A stretch of DNA of 32,000 bases. Source: Archaeoglobus fulgidus DSM 4304. GTDB taxonomy: Archaea; Halobacteriota; Archaeoglobi; Archaeoglobales; Archaeoglobaceae. The DNA lies in NCBI RefSeq assembly GCF_000008665.1, contig NC_000917.1, forward strand, positions 2,130,001 to 2,162,000, written 5' to 3'. Positions 26,098 to 32,000 of the stretch are shown in pieces. The notes beneath the pieces were generated by a model that saw nothing but the letters and a program-made list of their open reading frames with translations, made no database searches and had not been told where the DNA came from. Numbering within the stretch: the first letter of the stretch is position 1; every line of letters begins with the position of its first letter. A program made the translations under genes and the position numbers.

Positions 26098-27225
26098 ATG
26101 GACACACCTTTTATCGTTTTCTGGGAGCTCACAAGGGCCTGCATGCTCGCATGCAAGCACTGCAGGGCCAAGGCCATTCGCAAAAGGCATCCTGATGAGC
26201 TTACAACCGAAGAATGCTTTAATGTCATCGACCAGCTATCAGAGTTCAATCCAAAGCCCCTTCTCATCATCACTGGTGGAGACCCGCTGATGAGGGATGA
26301 TGTTACCGAGATTATCTCCCACGCTGCTGAAAAGGGATTCAGGGTTGCCATAGCCTTCAGTGGCACGGAAAAGGCAACGGAGGAAAAGCTGAGGGAGCTT
26401 AAAGAGGCTGGTGTGGCAAGAGTGGCAGTGAGCATTGACGGCAGTGATGAGGAAAAGCACGACTCCTTCAGAGGTGTGAGGGGGACGTTCAGGATGAGCA
26501 TGATGGCTATAGAGAACGCAAAGAAAGCTGGACTTCCATTCCAGATTAACACGACAGTGACAAGGGAAAACATCGAGGATTTGCCGAACATCGCAAGGCT
26601 CTGCCTTGAGCTTGGAGCGGTGATGTGGGACGTCTTCTTTGTCGTGCCAACAGGAAGGGCTAAGGCCGAGATGATGCCAACTCCGCAGCAGTTCGAGGAC
26701 GTGCTCTGCTGGCTATACGATTTGAGCAAAAAAACAGGCCTGAACGTTAAGAGCTCTGCCGCAACGCATCTCAGAAGAATCGAGCTCATGAGAGACAGGG
26801 GAGAGATGCCTGCTGTGGGTGAGCTTTACTACAGGCTGCTTGAGCGAATTGAGGATTTTCCTGAAGGGGAGGGCATCGTTGTTGCAGGAGGGCATGGAAA
26901 AAGCCTCAGCACCGACGGAATAAGGAGGGCGATAGGCATAACCGACGGCAGGGGGATGTTCTTCATAAGCCACATCGGCGAGGTTTATCCCAGCGGCTTT
27001 CTGCCAATCGTTGCTGGAAATGTAAGAAACACGTCGCTTAAAGAAATCTACTACAGCTCGGAGATATTTGTGAACCTCAGAGACCCCGACAGGCTCAAGG
27101 GGAAGTGTGGCAGATGCGAGTACCGAAAAATCTGCGGGGGGAGCAGAGCGAGAGCCTATGCGGTGCATGGAGACTACCTCGCCGAGGAGCCGTGCTGCAT
27201 CTACATCCCGCAATCCTCAAGATAA
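26098..27225 (+). CDS. Radical SAM enzyme with a C-terminal SPASM domain (AhbD/NirJ/PqqE-like; function unknown)
   Basis: 375 aa. The N-terminus reads FIVFWELTRACMLACKHCRA (Cx3Cx2C). The C-terminus reads GKCGRCEYRKICGGSRARAYAVHGDYLAEEPCC. Its ATG lies 1 nt after the thiC stop codon. Confidence 0.85.
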   Translation: MDTPFIVFWELTRACMLACKHCRAKAIRKRHPDELTTEECFNVIDQLSEFNPKPLLIITGGDPLMRDDVTEIISHAAEKGFRVAIAFSGTEKATEEKLRELKEAGVARVAVSIDGSDEEKHDSFRGVRGTFRMSMMAIENAKKAGLPFQINTTVTRENIEDLPNIARLCLELGAVMWDVFFVVPTGRAKAEMMPTPQQFEDVLCWLYDLSKKTGLNVKSSAATHLRRIELMRDRGEMPAVGELYYRLLERIEDFPEGEGIVVAGGHGKSLSTDGIRRAIGITDGRGMFFISHIGEVYPSGFLPIVAGNVRNTSLKEIYYSSEIFVNLRDPDRLKGKCGRCEYRKICGGSRARAYAVHGDYLAEEPCCIYIPQSSR

Positions 27226-27264
27226 TTCAACAATTGCCGAATTTGTATTCGACTATCCGTTAAC

Positions 27265-27272
27265 TTTATAAA
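27265..27272 (+). promoter_or_regulatory. TATA box (TTTATAAA) for the XRE regulator / mevalonate-entry operon
   Basis: It lies about 25 nt upstream of GTG 27293, which suggests a leaderless transcript. GTTAAC hexamers flank it at 27259-27264 and 27279-27284. Confidence 0.5.
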
Positions 27273-27292
27273 TGGTTGGTTAACTTATTATT

Positions 27293-27982
27293 GTGGAGTT
27301 CAGGAGTGTGGCAGAGAGAATATGCGGAGACATTGTCCTTTCCGAGAACTCAGGGGAGGCTTTGAGAAAGTGGAGGAGCATATTCAACGCTTCGCAGAGC
27401 GACCTAGCGAGAAAGCTTGGAATCTCTCCTTCGGTGATTAGCGACTACGAGTCGGGCAGAAGGAAACCTGGCACGGCGTTTCTCAAAAAGTTCGTGTGCG
27501 CGCTTATTGAGCTTGACGGCGAGAGGGGGTATCAGGTTCTTTCCAAGTACCGTTACTTCCTTGAGAGCGACCACAAGGCCGTTCTAGACATTGCGGAGTA
27601 TCAGAAAACAGCCGAACCGTCGGAATTCTGCGAGGTTATCGAGGGAAAAATGCTCACACACTTCGATAAAGCCATACACGGTCATACAGTAATAGACAGC
27701 ATAAACGCCATACTGTCTCTGAACGCTTTCGACTTCTACCGCCTCTACGGGCTTACGAGCGAGAGGGCTCTGATATTCACTAGGGTCTCTACAGGCAGGT
27801 CGCCCATGGTGGCTGTTAGGGTGTCCAATCTCAAGCCATCTGCGGTTGTGCTTCACGGGTTAGAGGCTGAGAGGGTTGATGAGATGGCGAAGAAGATAGC
27901 CGAGATTGAGAGAATCCCTCTCGTCGTTACCGAGATTGCGATAGGAGAGATCGTTAAAAGGTTGAGGAGGAAGTTTGCATGA
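27293..27982 (+). CDS. XRE-family HTH transcriptional regulator with a C-terminal domain of unknown function
   Basis: 229 aa. The HTH reads [26 protein letters not shown]. Its stop codon overlaps the ATG of the HMG-CoA synthase gene (ATGA at 27979-27982). Confidence 0.75.
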   Translation: MEFRSVAERICGDIVLSENSGEALRKWRSIFNASQSDLARKLGISPSVISDYESGRRKPGTAFLKKFVCALIELDGERGYQVLSKYRYFLESDHKAVLDIAEYQKTAEPSEFCEVIEGKMLTHFDKAIHGHTVIDSINAILSLNAFDFYRLYGLTSERALIFTRVSTGRSPMVAVRVSNLKPSAVVLHGLEAERVDEMAKKIAEIERIPLVVTEIAIGEIVKRLRRKFA

Positions 27983-29009
27983 TAGGTATCGTTTCGTACG
28001 GCAGCTACGTTCCGAAGTTCAGGATAAGGGTTGAGGAGATTGCGAGAGTTTGGGGAGAGGATGCCAAAAAGATAAAGGACGGATTGGGTGTTCACGAGAA
28101 ATCGGTTCCGGGAATGGATGAAGATGCTGCCACAATTGCTGTGGAGGCGGCGAGAGAAGCCATCAGAAGGGCAGGGATCAACCCCGAGGAAATTGGTGCG
28201 GTCTTCGTCGGTTCCGAGAGTCACCCCTATGCAGTCAAGCCAACGGCAACGATTGTGGGAGAGGCGCTTGGTGTAGGGAATGATTACTTTGCTGCGGATT
28301 TGGAGTTTGCATGCAAGGCTGGTACAGCAGGAATGCAAATCTGCTACTCGATGGTTAAGGCGGGGATGATTAAGTATGGCCTTGCCATTGGTGCTGACAC
28401 CAGCCAGGCAAGGCCGGGAGACGCTCTTGAGTACGCAGCCGCTGCAGGTGGTGCAGCCTTCATCATCGGAGAAAATCCAATTGCAGAGGTTGAGGCCACT
28501 TACTCCTTCACCTCCGATACTCCCGACTTCTGGAGGAGAGACCTGCAGCCCTATCCGAGTCATGGAGGGAGGTTCACAGGCCTGCCTGCCTATTTCAGGC
28601 ACGTCATCTCGGCGGCGAAGGGATTGATGGAGAAGTATGGTTACAAAGTGGAGGACTTCGACTACGCAGTTTTCCACATGCCCAACGCAAAGTTTCCCGT
28701 GAGGGCTGCCAAAATGCTCGGCTTCAGCATGGAGCACATCAGCCAGGGTTTGGTGGTGAAGGCCATTGGAAACACCTACTCCGGCTCCTCTCTGCTCGGC
28801 CTCGCGGCAACGCTTGACGTTGCAGAGCCTGATGAGAGGATACTGCTGGTTTCTTCGGCTCAGGAGCTGGAAGTGATGCCTTTGCCATAAGGGTCACCGA
28901 TGCGATTGAAAATTATCCGAGGGAGCCGAAGGTTTGGGAGAAGATTGAGAGGAAGGCGTATGTGGATTATGCAATATATCTGAAGCACAGGAGGAAGATA
29001 AAGGCATGA
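27979..29009 (+). CDS. Hydroxymethylglutaryl-CoA synthase (archaeal type), with an apparent 1-nt frameshift near codon 293
   Basis: ORF 27979-28890 reads [16 protein letters not shown]...[12 protein letters not shown]...FHMPNAKF. The conserved C-terminus (F)[50 protein letters not shown] continues in the next frame to TGA 29007-29009. The break lies at TCTTC (28852-28856), where TCTTTC would be expected. Confidence 0.85.
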
Positions 29010-30160
29010 GGCGAGTTGCAGTTGTTGGTGTCGGCCAGAGCAAGTTCGGAGAGCTCTGGGAGAAGGGATTCAGGGATATAGTCCTTGAGGCCGGAAGAGA
29101 GGCTCTGGAGGATGCCGACCTTGAGGGAAGAGAGATAGAGGCAATGTTCGTGGGCAACATGAGCGGCGGGAGGTACCTCGGCCAGGAGCACGTTGCAGCA
29201 CTCATCGCAGACTATGCTGGCTTGGCCGAGTTCGGCATTCCCGCAACGAGAGTTGAGGCCGCAGATGCGAGCGGTGGCTTGGCGGTGAGGCAGGCTTACA
29301 TGGCCGTTGCCTCGGGCTTGCACGATATTGTGATTGCCGCCGGGGCGGAGAAGGTCACCGATGTTGACGACCCCATGCAGATTCTGTCATCCTCTGTGGA
29401 TGTTGAGTGGGAGAACTTCGTTGGTGGGAGCCTTCCGGCTCTCTACGCTATAATTGCGAGGCTGCACATGGATAGCTTCGGCACGACAGAGGAGGACCTT
29501 GCACTGGTCAGCGTCAAAAACCACAGGAACGGTGCTAAGAACCCGAAGGCGCAGTTCAGGAAGGAGATAAGAGTTGAGGACGTCCTCAACTCCCCCTACG
29601 TTGCCGAGCCCCTCAAGCTTCTTGACTGCGCATCGGTGAGTGATGGTGCTGCTGCTGTAATTCTCGCCAGCGAGGACGTTGCGAGAGAAATCACCGACAC
29701 TCCGGTTTTCATCGAGGCATGCACGCAGGCGAGCGATTATCTCGCTCTGCAGAGCAGAAAGGACATTCTGTCAATGAGAGCTGTGGTTAAAGCTTCGAGA
29801 GATGCTTACGAGCTTGCGGGTGTTGGACCAAAGGACATTCAGGTTGCGGAGGTGCATGATTCCTTCACAATTGCGGAAATCCTTGCTTACGAGGACTTGG
29901 GGTTTGCGGAAAAGGGGAAGGGAGCGGAGCTCGTGAGGGAGGGCGTGACGGAGATTGGGGGAAAGATACCTGTAAACCCGTCCGGAGGGCTCAAGGCTTG
30001 CGGTCATGCAGTAGGGGCGACGGGAGTGAGGCAGATTGTTGAACTGACTCTGCAGCTTCGCGGCGAGGCGGGAGAGAGGCAAGTTGATGCCGAAACTGGA
30101 TTAGCGTTGAATATTGGAGGCACTGGAGCCACAGCAGTTGTGTCAATTCTCAGGAGGTGA
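29006..30160 (+). CDS. Acetoacetyl-CoA thiolase (archaeal thiolase, SCP-x-like)
   Basis: 384 aa, containing [16 protein letters not shown], the catalytic Cys region ...AADASGG..., and C-terminal NPSGGLKACGHAVGATG. Its ATG overlaps the HMGCS stop codon (ATGA). Confidence 0.9.
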   Translation: MRRVAVVGVGQSKFGELWEKGFRDIVLEAGREALEDADLEGREIEAMFVGNMSGGRYLGQEHVAALIADYAGLAEFGIPATRVEAADASGGLAVRQAYMAVASGLHDIVIAAGAEKVTDVDDPMQILSSSVDVEWENFVGGSLPALYAIIARLHMDSFGTTEEDLALVSVKNHRNGAKNPKAQFRKEIRVEDVLNSPYVAEPLKLLDCASVSDGAAAVILASEDVAREITDTPVFIEACTQASDYLALQSRKDILSMRAVVKASRDAYELAGVGPKDIQVAEVHDSFTIAEILAYEDLGFAEKGKGAELVREGVTEIGGKIPVNPSGGLKACGHAVGATGVRQIVELTLQLRGEAGERQVDAETGLALNIGGTGATAVVSILRR

Positions 30161-30164
30161 GAGA

Positions 30165-30533
30165 ATGGTTCCGAGGTCGTGGAGGAAGATACGCTATCGC
30201 TACGATGTTAGGGGGAGCTACTGCGAGAACTGTGGAAGCTACCACTACCCGCCGAGAAACTTCTGTCCGACGTGCAGGAGGAGGGGAAAGCTCGTTGAAG
30301 TGCTTTTCCCCGATGAAGGGAAAGTTGTCAGCTACACCGTTGTGAGGGAGAAAGAGCCCTACGTGGTGGCGCTCATTGAGCTGGAAAACGGTGCGAGGAT
30401 ACTTTCGCAGCTTTCCTGCGAGCCGGATGAAGTTGAAATTGGCATGAGGGTTAGAAGGGCTTTCAGGAGATATGGCGAGGACGGCGAGGAGGGGATAATC
30501 CACTACGGAACCAAGTTCGTTCCGGCAGACTAG
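30165..30533 (+). CDS. DUF35 OB-fold/zinc-ribbon protein (scaffold of the archaeal thiolase/HMG-CoA synthase complex)
   Basis: GGAGGTGA lies upstream of ATG 30165. The Zn ribbon reads CENCGSYHYPPRNFCPTCRRRG and is followed by an OB-fold-like segment. Confidence 0.85.
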   Translation: MVPRSWRKIRYRYDVRGSYCENCGSYHYPPRNFCPTCRRRGKLVEVLFPDEGKVVSYTVVREKEPYVVALIELENGARILSQLSCEPDEVEIGMRVRRAFRRYGEDGEEGIIHYGTKFVPAD

Positions 30534-31156
30534 CGGAAGAACCTGTAGATTTCCCTCGCTTTTTTCTCCCCAATTCCATCAACTCTTTTAAGCTCCGCTA
30601 TGCTGGCGTTTGCTATTCTCTGGATGCTTCCGAAGTAGTCGAGAAGCTTTTCCGCCTTCTTCTCTCCAATTCCGGGAATGGCTGTGAGCATCGCTATCTT
30701 TGGATTTTCATGGCTCTTCAGCCTCGGCAGTATTTTCAGGTCGCCTTGGGAGACTCTGGAGTCAATAGACTTCAAAGCCAGGCAGAAGTCGTCCTCGTTT
30801 TTGAATACCAGCGGCACAACCTGTCCCTGAGCGTTTTTGATTGCCATGCTCACCATCGCACCTATTACTGCACTCCTGCTGATTCCCCTCTCCTCAACTG
30901 CCTCGTCGATGTCTCCTATAACCGCCAAAATCGAAAGGGGATACCTTGAAGAAAGGAGGTGGCACTGACGAAAAAGCCTGCCGTCGATTATTGAGCTGAT
31001 GAAGTCGTTAACGTCCTTTCTTTCAACGGGAACCTCATATATCGAGTGCTTTATTAGGTAATCTCCAACCTCCAAACGTTTAACATAAACATCAAGCCCA
31101 AGAGATTTCAGCTTCTCAACAATTCTTTCCGGCTCTCTGGAGTCAACAAAAATCAT
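30530..31156 (-). CDS. Short ERCC4/XPF-family nuclease with a C-terminal (HhH)2 domain
   Basis: 208 aa, containing VDSREP, GDYLI and VERKDVNDFISSIIDGRLFRQ. Tandem HhH motifs are present (IPGIGEKKAEKLL, VDGIGEKKAREIY). Confidence 0.85.
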   Translation of the reverse strand: MIFVDSREPERIVEKLKSLGLDVYVKRLEVGDYLIKHSIYEVPVERKDVNDFISSIIDGRLFRQCHLLSSRYPLSILAVIGDIDEAVEERGISRSAVIGAMVSMAIKNAQGQVVPLVFKNEDDFCLALKSIDSRVSQGDLKILPRLKSHENPKIAMLTAIPGIGEKKAEKLLDYFGSIQRIANASIAELKRVDGIGEKKAREIYRFFR

Positions 31157-31497
31157 AGGTACTTCTTGATAGTTTCGAGTAGCTCATGCATTCTGAAGGG
31201 CTTTTTAAGCACCTCCACAGCTCCTGCCTCGAGCATCTCTTTCCCTCTCCTGCTTGCAAAGGCCGTGATGGCAATGACCTTTGCAGCGGGATTGTACTCA
31301 AGAATTCTTCTCGTAGCCTCCACACCGTCTATACCGGGCAGCTCAACGTCCATGAGCACGATATCCGGTTTGTGCTCTTTGAAAAGCTCAATAGCCTCAT
31401 TCCCGTCGCTCGCCTTGATCACCTCGTAATCTGAGAGCATATGTCCAAAAATCTCCAGCAAGTCCGGCTCATCTTCAACCAGCAGTATCTTCTTCAT
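31153..31497 (-). CDS. Single-domain response regulator (CheY-like receiver)
   Basis: 114 aa with LLVEDE, the phospho-acceptor context IVLMDVELPGIDG, AITAF and LKKPF. Its stop codon overlaps the nuclease ATG (ATGA). Confidence 0.9.
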   Translation of the reverse strand: MKKILLVEDEPDLLEIFGHMLSDYEVIKASDGNEAIELFKEHKPDIVLMDVELPGIDGVEATRRILEYNPAAKVIAITAFASRRGKEMLEAGAVEVLKKPFRMHELLETIKKYL

Positions 31498-32000
31498 CTC
31501 TAAACCCCCTTAAAAGCCTTCTAACATCCTCTGATTCCAACCATCCAGCTTCAAGCTGCTCAATTATCTCTTCAATTTTCCTGACCTGTTCAAGGATTTT
31601 ATCCTTTTCCATGTTGCCGAAAAGGTCGGCAAATCCTGTTATAACGGCCAGTGGATTCCTTATTTTATCGACAAGTATGGCAAATTGCTCGATGTTCTTT
31701 TCTATCTGCCTTAGAGACTCCTGCCTCGCCCTTTCGAGCCTTATCGCGTCGATGGCAAAGGCCACATCATCTGCCAGTGTCTGCAGGAGTCTTATCTCCT
31801 CCTCTGAAATCCTGAAATCCGAGTATATAGCCAGAATCCCAAGAACTCTGTTGCGGTGCGTCAGGGGAAAGATGTAGGCGTTTAGCTTTTCGTGTTCAGC
31901 CCAGTTAACGCAGTTTTTGGGGTGCTCTCCTGCCAGCTTTATGACCGTCCTCTGGTTCTTCAGCGCTTCGGCAACACACACTCCATTCAAAAGCTTCTCA
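31475..32000 (-). CDS. GAF-domain sensor protein with a HisKA-like helix lacking the phospho-accepting His; N-terminus lies outside the window
   Basis: The frame is open to the window edge. The end of a GAF domain is visible (NAYIFPLTHRNRVLGILAIYSD...LLQTLADDVAFAI). It is followed by FAILVDKIRNPLAVITGFADLF, where Asp replaces the His of the H-box. No HATPase domain precedes the stop at 31475. Confidence 0.7.
   Translation of the reverse strand, partial: EKLLNGVCVAEALKNQRTVIKLAGEHPKNCVNWAEHEKLNAYIFPLTHRNRVLGILAIYSDFRISEEEIRLLQTLADDVAFAIDAIRLERARQESLRQIEKNIEQFAILVDKIRNPLAVITGFADLFGNMEKDKILEQVRKIEEIIEQLEAGWLESEDVRRLLRGFRDEEDTAG

Noticed and set aside
25878-26789. A 303-aa antisense ORF spanning the thiC / radical SAM junction
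   Set aside because: A low-complexity Ser/Leu/Ala-rich translation that crosses a gene boundary on the opposite strand of two well-supported genes. It is a shadow ORF.
27276-27289. A GGTTAAC-containing site as a third DtxR-type box
   Set aside because: It matches the 14-mer TTAGGTTAACCTAA at only about 10/14 positions, and its outer heptamers are not conserved. It is more plausibly part of the local XRE-regulator promoter architecture.
27853-28737. A 294-aa antisense ORF opposite HMG-CoA synthase
   Set aside because: The same reasoning applies. The sense strand encodes a highly conserved enzyme, and the antisense product has no recognisable features.
1-32000. CRISPR arrays, rRNA genes, inteins, selenocysteine recoding
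   Set aside because: No regularly spaced direct repeats were seen. There is no rRNA-like sequence. The large proteins (CdhA, helicase, Elp3, FeoB) have normal lengths without inserted domains. No in-frame TGA lies within an otherwise continuous conserved protein, apart from the frameshift cases described.

Overview
The window looks archaeal and is most consistent with an Archaeoglobus-like euryarchaeon. The evidence is an acetyl-CoA decarbonylase/synthase cdhAB pair, archaeal Elp3, the HMG-CoA synthase/thiolase/DUF35 operon, an intron-containing tRNA-Trp, TATA-type promoters and many 4-nt gene overlaps. About 40 genes are tightly packed.

Gene content, left to right:
- A metal-homeostasis neighbourhood: a CDF transporter fused to a NifX-like domain, a split Trp/Arg/Gly-rich DUF5320-like gene pair, and feoA-dtxR-feoB.
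- An acetyl-CoA synthetase pseudogene, cut by a 1247-bp IS element with a 7-bp target duplication and also frameshifted.
- cdhA-cdhB.
- tRNA-Trp(CCA), whose 62-nt intron is a box C/D guide RNA aimed at C34 and C39 of the same tRNA.
- A SpoU methyltransferase, a transglutaminase-like protein lacking the catalytic Cys and His, a polytopic membrane protein, and Elp3.
- An AT-rich spacer with a wHTH regulator, and a UPF0058-like gene.
- An MBL hydrolase plus a DUF1998 helicase.
- Redox and thiamine genes: AhpD-like, QueG-like, LLM oxidoreductase, thiC, and a radical SAM/SPASM protein.
- An XRE regulator coupled to the mevalonate-entry operon, in which HMG-CoA synthase carries an apparent 1-nt frameshift.
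- A GAF sensor, CheY receiver and ERCC4/XPF nuclease operon.

Most interesting observations:
- A DtxR/IdeR-like palindrome, TTAGGTTAACCTAA, lies between the TATA box and the start codon of feoA. A 13/14 copy lies in front of the DUF5320-like pair. This suggests an iron-regulated function for that uncharacterised family.
- The DUF5320-like gene is broken at a TGATG stop/start overlap.
- Several conserved genes carry single-nucleotide frame breaks. Either the genes are decaying or the assembly has indel errors.

No CRISPR array, rRNA or obvious prophage was seen. All family assignments come from motif recognition by eye, not from searches.
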